DNA of 58,826 bases, filler included, from Dugesia japonica (lineage: Eukaryota): assembly GCA_001938525.1 (NCBI GenBank). It is 5 parts of 5 records of this genome, joined end to end, with 100 filler letters (N's around TTAATTAATTAA, not from the genome) between each part and the next. Parts side by side here need not be neighbours in the genome. Positions count along the whole stretch, not along the records: positions 12,055 to 25,499 come from MQRL01623684.1; 4 more parts are not named here. The stretch is one strand, 5' to 3'. The notes beneath the pieces were generated by a model, which worked only from the letters and a program-made list of their open reading frames with translations, ran no database searches and was not told where the DNA came from. A program made the translations under genes and the position numbers. Numbering within the stretch: the first letter of the stretch is position 1; each line of letters opens with the position of its first letter. Positions 12,055-24,092 of this stretch are shown piece by piece.

Positions 12055-12942
12055 TTTTTTTATCTGTTAAACTTTCTTTTGTAGGAATTTCTAGAATTTA
12101 AAAAGAATTTGTTTTAACATTAAAAATATAATCACTATAATTATATTTTATATATTGTTGAGACTTTTCATCAAAAGACTATTTTACTCGATGATATCTT
12201 TTTACTCAGGTTTCAAATTTAATTATTTTAAATTTTTATTCAACATTTGAACAGGCATCCTAATTTCTTTAGAAATAAAAGAATCTTTTAAATTTGGATT
12301 TTAAAAATAAGTTCTTGATATTTAGCTGTTATACAAATCTGTTCAGATTTTTTTAACAACTTTGGATCAAAGTTATTTGCACAATTAATGTAATCAACAG
12401 CATTTTCACACAAATCATTTTTACTCTCTGTAGTCAATTTTTTAGTAATAAAATAAGGTATTACATATATAACTATGTAGAAAATATTTTTGTAACAATA
12501 TAGGGAATTATGTAAGAAAATATTAAAGGAATATATAAATATGGAATTATACAAATAATTACACGAACAATAATTACTAAAAATACAATTATATTTTTTT
12601 GATATTCACATTTTTTNTTTAAATTATCAACATCTTTTATAAAACCATTTATTTCTTTTGTATTTATTTCTATAATCATTTTCTAAAGTAATTTTATTTG
12701 AGTAATTGTTTTGTTATTTGTTATCTTGTTCAGTTTTCTTTAAAGAAGTTAATCTCATTATTTTTTCTTCATCATATTCATTTGCTTTTTTTAATTCTTC
12801 TTTTAAAGTATCATTTTCAATTAATAAATCATAAATTGTATTTCCAACTAAATTTATAGTTTCTTCAAATAATTTAAATTTGGGATAAACTTCTTTTAAT
12901 ATTAAATTTTGTTCTTAAGATGATTGACTTTTTCCTGAAAGT

Positions 12943-12979
12943 CAATTCCTGACGAAGACAAGGTCGAAATATCGAATTG
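12943..12979 (+). ncRNA. Minimal type-I hammerhead ribozyme motif
   Basis: CAATTC-CTGACGA-A-GAC(AAG)GTC-GAAA-TA-TC-GAATTG: 6-bp stem I, both core boxes, stem II, palindromic ATAT in place of stem III, AUC cleavage triplet. Confidence 0.75.
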
Positions 12980-13398
12980 TTATCTAATATCAAAAATCAA
13001 TAAAAAAAAACAAAACTTTTGATCGAAACTTTTATTTTAAATCAATTCTGTAAAACGATCAATGGTTATGTCCAGCAATTATTCTCAAAATAATTGCAAT
13101 TGTTTTAGACTATTCATATATTTTGGATCTTTTTTTATATCTTCGATAAAGTCTTACATTTTATTTTGGAGCCACAAGCCAAAAACACAAGCTAAAACCA
13201 CAACCCTTAATTTTATTTTTATTTTCAAGTCTGTTGTACTGGTATTGATTACCCTTTTTTTCCTATGTAATCACTGATTGATTTCTGTTGTACTGGTATT
13301 CTCTTATCATTTGCACTATTTTGAAGCGTTACGGTCTCGGCTAAAATTTTACTAATCACTATTATAAAAAGATGCTCAGAAATTATAATCTCAATTAA

Positions 13399-13641
13399 CC
13401 TTTTGACTATCCTGTGCATCATATGTTGTACACAATTTGCCTAATTTTCATTAACAAGATTTAATGCTGATTAATAACGAGTAAAAATTACGCGAAGCAT
13501 ACGTAATGTACAGAACGTCTGACTAGTAAACAGTTTAAATATTGCTCTCTGCATCACATGTGGTTCACGTAATTTGAACAAAATTATTTTCGTGGACGTA
13601 CGGTGAAGAAAAAAATATTTACTATGTGGACAGGGAAAGGG
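13399..13641. mobile_element. Possible piggyBac-type non-autonomous element
   Basis: TTAA|CCTTTT...GGGAAAGGG|TTAG ends, with an internal repeated motif tgcatca(t/c)atgt.gt.cac near 13415 and 13550. Confidence 0.4.
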
Positions 13642-14388
13642 TTAGCAATATTTAATTAATTTGAAAATGAATTTTTATCTCTATTTTTATTATTAATTTT
13701 TGGCGACAGATTTGCTCCATTAATATGTAAAAACAATATAATATCAATCAATATTGTAAAAATAAATGTTTAAAAATAATTACATAAATTAAATTATAAT
13801 AAGCAGTTAAATTATTTATATGATTGGGTAAATAATTGTTTAAATTTATTAATATAAATTTAATGAGATCTGCTTAATCATTAGATTTTGTGTCAATGTT
13901 TAATTATTATAATAATACGGTATTATCAAACACGTATTACAGTTTGACCTAATTTTGTTATCTTCTTACGTCATAAAAATTATTAAACAATATAGCCAAT
14001 ATTAAAATATAGTTATACTTTTATAAATCTAATTTAATAAATAATTTCCTTTCATTTAATTATTAATATAATAATTTCGATTAGTTTTTAATTAATAGAA
14101 AAACTAATTTAATAATAAATTTAATTTTATTTTTATTGATAAAAATATTTTATAACAGCCAATAAAAATTATAATCAAATCGTTTAAATTAATTTTAAAT
14201 TTTCCGATTTAATAACTTAAAACGTTTCAGTTGTTTGATAAAATAAATCAAATTTGTTACAATTCAAAAAGAAAATTTAATAGCAATTTTATTACTAGAA
14301 AATCATTTTATTAATTGAATTTAATTTTAAATTTGAAATCTTAGAATAGTTGTGGAATTTTAAATTTTAAATCATAATTGTTTGAGTG

Positions 14389-14700
14389 AAGGCTTGCCAA
14401 CTTTCCCGTTTTTGCTAGAGTTTCTCGGAACTGGATTCCATCTCCTATTTCGTCGTTATCTTTGACTCAGGAGATATAATCCTCTCGTCTTTCCGTTTTG
14501 ACAAGATAATTTTGTTTATATCTTTTTGGTATTAGTCATTATATAGTTAAAATCACACACATCATCATCATCATGTGTACGTTGTAACAGTGTCAACAAA
14601 ACAATGAAAACCACTTTTTATATTTGTTAAGCGTTATACATTATAATGGTTACAATTTTATAATCTCCCGGGTTTGAGGTTGTAAGTGTTGGCAACCCTA
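14389..14700. mobile_element. hAT-superfamily MITE (312 bp)
   Basis: TIRs AAGGCTTGCCAAC / GTTGGCAACCCTA (11 of 13 match), with a perfect 8-bp TSD TTTGAGTG at 14381-14388 and 14701-14708. Confidence 0.9.
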
Positions 14701-15643
14701 TTTGAGTGGTACAAAGTTTGGAGTTAAATAAATTTGATAAATGTTTTAAATGATAAATAATTGTCCTAAAGATATTATTGACCATTATAAATAAATTAAT
14801 ACGTTTTTCTTGTAATTAGTTTAGTTGATAAATTATATTTTCAACTAAATTTTTTTAAAATTAAATCAAACTCATAACCAATTAAATTTATTTAAACTTA
14901 TTTAAAATTAATTTTTACGATCATTTAATATGACAATTATACACAGTAAAAGCAGGTTAAGCTCTGCTCAAATGATTATAAATACCATAAAATCGATAAT
15001 TATAGAGAAAATGTATATTCGAATTTTGATGAGTTTTACTCACATTTTAAATGTTTTGGAGACCTCATATTAAGTGACGCTGGTGCATGCATAGATAGAA
15101 AAAGTCAATACTGTTCTAATAAAACGTCAAAAATTAAAGTTCTTAATGAAGTCAAGATAAAGCAATTAGTTCCATTGCAACTCCTGATATATTAATTTGA
15201 GAAAGTACTTTAAATAATGGTGCAGTATAAATGTCTAAAATTCCAAGTGATACATTATTAAATAAAAATTTATAGCCGATAAAATTCCAACAAGCCAGTT
15301 TTTTGTTAAAGACCTTATTATTTTATTGAATACTTTTAATTAAAACAAATTATTGCGTTCATTGTTCAAAAACTGAATCTTCAGTTTATTGTTTGTTAAT
15401 TTGACTGACACTTTCAATATATTTTATTTCATTACTGTAATCTAAGACTCTATGTATAACTGCTACAACATTTTCTTTATACTTACAGCTTTGATAGTGC
15501 TATTTTTATGAAAAAACCATAATATCAATACATCATAATGTACGTTGAAATTTTAAGATAAAAATATGTCTCATTTCAATTTTTTCACAATCGCTTTGGG
15601 TTAAAATTTTTTATGTGAACAGTTTTAACCAATAATAAACATT

Positions 15644-16090
15644 TGTTAGATAAGTTTGGAAAACTCATCTGATCATTAATATCAGAACTCGAATTCATTA
15701 CAAAATTTATTCAAACAAAAACTATGCTTAACACTATTTTTTTATTCAAACAAATTAAAATCACGTGTTTTCATTGGTGATCATTTTTTTAAAATTTTAA
15801 ATGCAAATTTTATTTATTTAAAATTAATTTACGTTAATTTATTTAAAACATTTTATTTATTTATTTTAAAAAAAAGACCAAATTTTCGTTCACGTTAAAA
15901 ATTTTATTTATTAAAAATTTTTATTTATTATTCATTCGTTATTTTTGAAATTTAAAATTGAAACTTTTATTTATTTAATTAGCCAAATTTCTGTTTACTC
16001 AAAAAATTTAATCTATCATTAAACCAAATATTTATTATTTAAAATTTTCATCAATAATTTAAATCTTTCTTTTAAACAAAAGATTTTAAA
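15644..16090 (-). mobile_element. Solo or 3' LTR of the Gypsy family at 19145 and 31298 (far boundary approximate)
   Basis: Minus strand atgaattcgagttctgatattaatgatcagatgagttttccaaacttatctaACA matches 19429-19483 and 31629-31683. Similarity stops exactly at CA and no PBS follows. Confidence 0.7.
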
Positions 16091-16779
16091 AACATACTGC
16101 AATCACACTCCAATCACACGAAAATCTCAATTTGCTTTTCAAAACCCACTCACAACAGTAATCAATAAACAGTAGTTATGAGTAAGTTTTTATACACTTT
16201 CGTAAAACTTTTCACTAGTAACAATTAACGATAATTATTTTAGGAATTCTCGCTTACAGGAAAAGAACACGAAGCTAAAAGAGTGAGATTTAGCATTATC
16301 TCAGTCAAATCAGATGATAGCCGACATAATCAAGTCGTACGCTAACCGAGAAGGCGCGTTAATAGCAACCATCTGAACTCTAAGTCAAACATCCACGAGG
16401 AACCGAAGAAGAAAGAACCGGAAAAGATAACAATAGATGATGTTCAATGAAGAAGAACATATTGATATAAAAAAAGCTTTCCATATATGTTCATATGTTT
16501 TTGATTTGATAATAAGATAAGTAGGTGAAATTCAGCGAAAAACTGAAGTCAAAAAGAAATAAAAAAAATATAAACAGGATACTGCATAGTCCTGCATGGG
16601 CTCGTGGTAGATGGAACAATGCACGATGCATTGTCAAATTTCTGTTGGCTTCGGGTAACTACTAATAGGAGATATCAAGATGGTCTAAATCAGAAGAATC
16701 ACCATATGAAGAAGATCATCGAGAGAAGGTGTCCAAAATAAAGAAACTTACATATAAATCATCGAAGCACAACACATTG

Positions 16780-18099
16780 AAAATGTCAAAATATTTATTC
16801 AAGAAGGTTTTATTGATTTTATCAAATTAAAAGAGAAAAAGGAAGAAGCATTGATCGCTGTTATATTGACCAAATTTGCTAAAGATGGACTTGACATAAG
16901 AAATACAAGAGAGCAATTATATGAAAATAATACGAATGTCATTAAAGAAAATGAGTTTGCACGTTTTGCATTGTCTAAATTTGTTTGCTTCCATTCATGG
17001 CAACATTATTCTAAAATATTCAATAACATCTTAATTTTTTCTACGATCTGTAAATCGTTGGCAATTTCTTATGTCAATTTGAAAAATATTTTCAAAGGTC
17101 GCAGCTCTACAAAGTAGTCACGAAAGCAACAGCAGTTAAATTAGTAGTAACACAAATAATTGAAACCTGTGAAGCTTTATGAAAAATCTCGAAAAATTCC
17201 ACTAACAAAGTGACAATGTTTATAGCTATAAATTTATTGAAACAAGTTAATTTTGAATTATTGCTATGCTTAGAATATTGGATCTTGATTCTCAAGTTAA
17301 TAAATTTCTTCAATGTCAATGTATGTGTTTATCTTGAGTTTTGATGATTTAAAAAGGTTTATTGGAAACCTTAACTGATATTCAACAAAAAAAAAGAATT
17401 AAATTTTTAAAACAGCAGAGGAAAAAGCAAAGACTTTTAACCTATTACCAAATACCATAGATAAATCGCTTAAGAAAGCCATATCCGAAATATATCAAAC
17501 CAGATATTATCTACAAAAAACAAGTATTTTTTTTGTGAAATTGAAAATGTATTTCAGAGATGACAGCAAAATCTAAATTTTAGAGTATCAGAAATTTTAT
17601 TTATAAATGAAAACTTCAAATTTGTAGTCTCTCTGCTGCTGATTCTAAAGACGTAAATATAGAAGGCATATAAATGGTCAAATATTTTGCTCTGAAATTT
17701 GCAATTTTAAATATCTCACAGCAGAACATTTTAAACAAAATTCTTTCATTTATTTACAATTTTTGACATGAAACAATCATATCTAAATGTTGAAATAATA
17801 TTAAGAATATTTCTAGCATTAATTGCTACATCGGCTCTTTGCGAGAGAGCATTAAGAAAAATTATATTTTTCAAAAATTATTTGAGATCGACAATCCGTC
17901 AAGAAAAACTAATTAATTTAAGTGATTTATCAATAGAATTTGATTTCACTAAGTTTTAACGATGTTCTTGATAAATATTCCAGCGGAAAAGCATGAAAAG
18001 TAACGTAATAATATAGTGCTTACTTTATTTGTCATAAATATATTTTTGTTCCTATATTTTCAGTTTGTCATGGGCGCCGAATATTCTAGTCCGGGGTTG
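16780..18099 (+). mobile_element. Degenerate hAT transposase (ZMYM1-like type) with 3' terminus
   Basis: DGLDIRNTREQLYENNTNV and the dimerisation domain YLNVEIILRIFLALIATSALCERALRK..KNYLRSTIRQEKL..LSIE. GC-rich end ctagtccggggttg. Confidence 0.8.
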
Positions 18100-19483
18100 T
18101 ATATACACCTATAAAACAGTGCAGACCGCTTATAGTTTTTGGGACTAAAAATTTTCTTCGTTATGAAGGAAATTTTATATATAATATAAGCCATTAAAAT
18201 ATCGACAAAAATTAAAGATGAAGAATTTATTCATCTTTCTTTAACGATTTAAATCCAAAGTCAAGTAACGTGATTTGAATTGAGTTTGATCGAAGTATTT
18301 TATATTCAAGACTATCAAGACATAAATCTGCTGTTTAACATTTTATCATAGTGAGTTATTTTACATGAATTCTTTTATTTGAAATGTTGATATGAATTAA
18401 TTTGTTTGAATATTATGAATATTCATCTTTTTAATTTTTTTTATGAAAATCAACACAACCTGTTTTTGAATAAATTTATTATGGAGACTTTTGACATTGT
18501 TAATATATCTACAGATAATTTTATGATTTAAAATGTGTTTCGTGTTTTTAAAACTGTTTACAGCTTTTTGCATCAATTTTTTATCACAAAAGAAGCATCC
18601 ATATATACAACATTAAACGAATAACTACGGCCATCAAAAAATACAAATGTAAGCCATCTGATCCTTGACATATTTACAGCATATTCATATTTGTAAAATT
18701 AAATAATTTATTGTTAAGCAAATTATTAATCTGTTGTTTCGTAGAAATCACTTAATTCAATGTGATATCATTTGAATTCGATTAAGCATTTTATGTTATC
18801 AATCAATAATCGCATTCAGCTATACAATATATGATTGGATAATCACCTTACCTTGTTTGTGTGCACATTTGACTCGATATTTTTTACAGGAATGTTACAG
18901 AAATATTTTTGATCTATATAAATTAACTTTGACGCTTTAGTTTTCATATCAATTACAAAATAAACAAGTGACAGTACCAATTGATTTATTAATAGTTTAT
19001 TTTATTGTTTCAAAATATTGCTCACATAGTCAACATTACTTTTGAGCTGAATTGATTACTATTAAAATAATTGCTGATTCGTAAATTCATTTTATATTTA
19101 ATGGGTAGAGAACTTACCATATACACTTAGATATCGATTTGTGTCTAAGATAGTATTTTTAAAAACAGATTTTTTTTTTATTTTTAAAACGGAATTTATT
19201 AAAATCAAAAGTATATTTAAATTTGTATTAGGAAAATAATTTATAAAATAAATTACTAAAATTCTAAGATTTTTAAATAATATAAAATTAAATGAATGAA
19301 ATAAGTTTATATTATTGTTTTAAAATTAGATATTAATAAAATTTAAGAATTTAAATATTTAGTATTTTCCTTTTTTAAATATGAATTTTTAAATTTTAAG
19401 TTTATAATTTTTTTTAATAAATCTTGTAATGAATCCGAGTTCTGATGTTGATAATCCGATGAGTTCTCAAAACTCATCTAACA

Positions 19484-19496
19484 TGGTGGCAGTGGT
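19484..19496 (+). promoter_or_regulatory. Primer-binding site (tRNA-Leu type)
   Basis: TGGTGGCAGTGGT directly after the LTR-terminal ACA; one difference from the copy at 31684. Confidence 0.8.
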
Positions 19497-20491
19497 AAAC
19501 ACCGATGCAATCACAGAAAGATTGTTGCAAAACATATTTTGCAGAGGCGATGATCTAGAGAAGTTTATTAAACGGTGTGAAATATACTTGGAGGCGAAGA
19601 AAATCGTTATTAAGGAGCGTTGGATAACATGCATGCTTCATGAAGATTTAATGGAAGTATATGTGAAAAAATTGAAGAAAGCGGATGGATATCAAGAGAG
19701 ATTGCAATTAGCTTTTGAGAGCAAGAGAGACGTAATAAAAGATTTACAGAATCTTGTAACCTATCGTCGTGGTGGTGAAGAACTTGAGGTGTTCTTTAAA
19801 AAAGATGAAGACTTGGTCGATAAATTCTTAGTAAATGAAGAGTTGATGAAAGAAAAACTCTTGTCAAAAATGCTAATAACTTGTGAAGATAGTAAAAAAG
19901 CAGAAGAATAGATTATCAAGCGAAAATTGGAAAAAGTAGAAGATATAAAGAAACGCAATCATTAGTTAAAAAAATAGAAAAAAGAGAGTCTTTTAACGGA
20001 GTAAAGAGTTACGTGGATGTAACACGTGGAGAACGTTCCAAAGAGAGGAGAAAAAATATCGAGAGAGTTACAAAAAGAACAGAACCACAGTGTTGGACAT
20101 GCTTAAGTTATGGGCATGCAAAAAGAGAGTGTCCAAATAATTCTCATGTGGAATGTTGGACTTGTCACAAGAAAGGGCATTTAAGTAAAAATTTCCCAGA
20201 CAAGAAATCACCAAAATGTAATGGGTGTAGTAAGATTGGTCATATCAGAAGGATGTGCACAGAAATTGTATGTGGTAGATGTAAAATACCGGATCACAGA
20301 GCCGAAGAATGTTTTTCAAACATAAGTAAACCTAGATTAGAAGAGAGAAGAGACAATTCTAAAAACGGACAACAAACAAAAGATTGTAGTCGGAACAAAC
20401 AAATTCATGCCATTCGAGAAGAATTTGATAATGAGAATGGAGAGAGATTTTCTGAGAACATAATAGAAAATGAAGATACAAGAAGAGAATA

Positions 20492-20567
20492 CCCAAAAGA
20501 CATGGCTTCATCAGTAGACGAGTTGGTCGGAGCCATTCATTAAACGAGTTAACCTTTGAATATCCTC
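20492..20567 (+). promoter_or_regulatory. Candidate -1 ribosomal frameshift signal (slippery heptamer plus stem-loop or pseudoknot)
   Basis: In-phase C CCA AAA, 5-nt spacer, stem GGCTTCATCA / TGGT(C)GGAGCC. The gag stop follows, and the -1 frame continues ELTFEYPQEAEKWDE. Confidence 0.6.
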
Positions 20568-21999
20568 AAGAGGCTGAGAAATGGGATGAGACGAGTAATG
20601 TGAGAGAAAATGCTTAAAGATTCCTAAAAAAGAAAGTTTCTATGATGTGGAAATTAACAAAGCAGAAGTGATAGAAACAATTTAAGAGAGAAATTTTGTA
20701 TTATAAAATTTAAGGGAGACCTAGCATTTCAGTGATGATCAAGGGTGAACAGTTTGATTGTCTGTTAGATACAGGAGCAAGAATAAATGTAATGATTATG
20801 AAAGGATTTAGTTAACTCGGAGAAACAATGTTAGAAAAAAAGCGAGTACAACGTGTGAAAGTTGTACTTTCAGAGTTGTGCAAGGAAGTAACATTTATAA
20901 TAGTAAAGAAATTAATACCAGATTTAATTGGTGGAGTGGAATTTCATAAATTTTTTGGGTATCATCTTTAAAAAAAGTGCAGGGTAGACATCAATAATCA
21001 CCGAGAAAAATTTGTAAGAAAGATACAGACGGGTGAACGATTGAGACATGCAATGAAGATTCTATAAATTAACAAAGATCACAGATTGACTGCAAATTTT
21101 CAGAATAATGAGGATGTATTCATGGCATTTAAATAGTACATTGGATGCACACATTTAATGAAGCATCGAATAATCACTAAAAGAGGTCCAATCAACATAA
21201 AACCGTATCGTCAGCCAATGAATCTGGAAGAGAAGATTGAAGAGGCCATCAAGAATATGTATGATAACAGTATCATCCGGAAGTGTAATTCGCAATGAAA
21301 TACGGCATTAGTCTGCGTTTTGAAAAAGGTAAAAAAGGATATACGATATGCTTAGACTTTAGACAGCTCAATGCTATAACAGAAAGACAAGTTTTTCCTT
21401 TGCCAAATGTGGAAAAAATGCTAGATGCTTTGGAAGGTATGCCGTATTTTAGCTCAAAAGACTTGAAAAATGCTTGAAGTCTTAGTGAAAGTTGAAACAA
21501 GAAAAATGAGCCAAGATCGTTATGTAGGACCCTATAAGATCAAGAGGGAATTTCACGACAGACGCTACATTCTGGAAGATACAAAAGGAAAAAGTCTTGA
21601 AATAAACTTAAAGAAGATCAAAATATTTCTTTGAATCTATATTGAATCTATTTTAGCTAGAAATTTAAAATGTTTACCGAATTATTTGTAATTTTTTTGA
21701 AAATTTTATTAACTTATTGCTGAAGAAAAAAAAATTTTCAAAATTTTTTGCCAAAAAATTTTGCTATTATTGATATTTTATTCAGTAGTGTATTGAAAAA
21801 AATCAAAACATTTTAGTGTTAATTTTTATAAGAATTTTATAAAGTTTACCGAATTATTTTTCAATATAATCTGTGTGCTTTTTCTATTTTAATGAGTGAT
21901 TTTAATTGTTTACCGAATTCTTTTTCAATAAAATCGGCGTGATTTTTCTATTTTAATAAGGGATTTTAATCTTTATATTGACCTAAACATTGATACATG

Positions 22000-23955
22000 T
22001 CTCACTGAAAGCGAAGAGCCTATTCTACGTTATGGTCTTTTTGTAGAAAATGATTACCCAATCTTTGCCTTAATACATGTCCTTCACTGATAATTATTGC
22101 TGTGATTGCAGCTGGTTCATTCTCCTCAGCAAGATCGATATCAGTGTCGATATCAGTACTATTTGTATCATTAGCAATGTGTATTAAATCATCCTCATTT
22201 AATTCTTCATCCACCAACAGTTCAACAATATCTGCTTCAGCTAGGTCATCAAAACTTTCTTCTCCAATTGTATGCGACAACTCAACTATCTGTGCATACT
22301 CATGTTCTATTGATGAAGCAGAAGTATTACCTTCAACAACTTGTGGCTATATATTCTTCCAACGGGCATTGAGTGTTGAATGTTTAATGTCGCAGTATGA
22401 CAATCTTAGATTGTAAAACTTTTCCAGGCATCCATTATGTTCAAAGATTCATCTTTTTCTGTTTCTTCTAAAATATACTTGAAAGTGTGTTTTATGTACA
22501 GTGCCTTAAAAGTTTAAATTATGCCTTAATCTAATGGCTGTATTAAAGAAGTGGTATTCTTTGGTAGAAATACAACTTGAATATTTTTATATTGTAAATC
22601 TTGAGGATGGCTCAGTGCGTTGTCAATTATCAGAAGCACTTTAAAAGGCAAACATTTTTTATTTAAATATCTTTTGGCATCAGGTACAAAACATTTATGA
22701 AACCATTCATCAAATACTATTGCAGTAACTCATGCCTTCTTATTGACCATCCCATAAACGGGAAGATTGTTAATATTAATTCCTTTAAATGCATGTGGTA
22801 TCTTTGCCTTATTGATGGCCAATGGTTTCATTAAGTAATCGCCTGAAGCGTTGCTGCAAAACAGAATTGTTATACGGTCTTTTGCTGCTTTATGGCCACT
22901 AGCTGTTTTGTAAGATTTAGCCACATAAGTCCTTCTCGGCATTATTTTCCAAAAAAGACCGGACTCGTCAGCATTGAACACCTGATCTGGAGTGTATGAA
23001 TTAGTGGCAATAATTTCAGCAAGCTTTGCTGGGTATTCTTTTGCTGCATTTATATCTTCAGATGATAGTTCGCCTTTCAATTTCAAATTATGCAAAGAAT
23101 GCCTTTTTTAAATCTTTAGAATCAACCGTGGCTTGCTGAAAATGACGGCTTTTGGTTTTCAGCTAAAGACGTAGATGGTAACTGATTTTTAACTTTTGAA
23201 TATATCCACAACACTTTATTTGTGATTGCGTTTGTATCGATTGGTATCCGCTTTTGTGTTTGGTCTTCAATCTATATTATTAATGCCTTTTCCATAGTTT
23301 CAATGACAGTATCCCTTTCATATGATGTTGTGCTGTAACTTGTACCACTATCAGATGCTACACTTTTTCTAATTGAGCTTTCATTTTTTTTGATAGTTCT
23401 TATTGTCGCTTCATTCATTGAATATGATTTAGCCACCTCTGTTACTCTTTCTCCTTTACTCAGCTGATCTAAAATTTTGATTTTGGTTTCTTTTTCTTTT
23501 TTCTTGTTTGCTTTTATTTTCTTTTGACATCACGAAGCCTTTAAAAAGCTTAAACTGAATTATAAAATTGCTACAAAAATTATGAATTATTACTTACGAT
23601 AGCTTAATATTTTTAAAAATTTATTATTATAAAAANNNNAATAATCATCAAAATCATCTACTAAATACATAAAATTTAACTCACTAAACCAAGAACAAGT
23701 TCAATCTCTTAATAATTTATGTAGAATGGATGAAATCCCTTTTTTAGTTTTTAATGCCAGTGTTAACAACAAATAACAGTATGTATGAACAAATTTACTG
23801 TTAAAAGTAAAAACTATTAGCATTATATTGTGTATACATTTTGGAAATTTTTTCTTCTGTTTTTTATCCAAATAAAACTTTTTAATCGTTTTTTTAAAAC
23901 CGTGTAAAAGCGAAATCGTGTAAAAAAGGTACCGTGTAAATCGGAGGATAGGTTT
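22000..23955 (-). mobile_element. Tigger/pogo DNA transposon, degenerate transposase with 5' terminal region
   Basis: DQVFNADESGLFWKIMPRRTY...KAAKDRITILFCSNASG (DDE_1 domain), [11 protein letters not shown], and upstream HTH remnants. Terminal cgtgtaaa repeats at 23900-23950. Confidence 0.9.
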
Positions 23956-24092
23956 ACTTTAAAGTCCAACCACGAGTAATAAACATTTAAATAATTTTAT
24001 GATCAAATACAAAACAAAGAAAACATTTCTATTTAGAAGCAATTAAAAATTTGAAAAATACTTTTAATTTTTATTTTCTTTATTTAAATAAA

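Larger units (their letters stand above)
19145..21640 (+). mobile_element. Internally deleted Ty3/Gypsy element: 5' LTR (about 19145-19483), PBS, gag with 4 CCHC knuckles, protease, RT start fused to integrase C-terminus
   Basis: LTR homologous to 31298-31683 and 35602-35867. gag ORFs at 19429 and 20013, protease CLLDTGA, RT CLDFRQLNA...DLKNA jumping near 21475 to the integrase tail EVLVKVETR. Confidence 0.9.
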
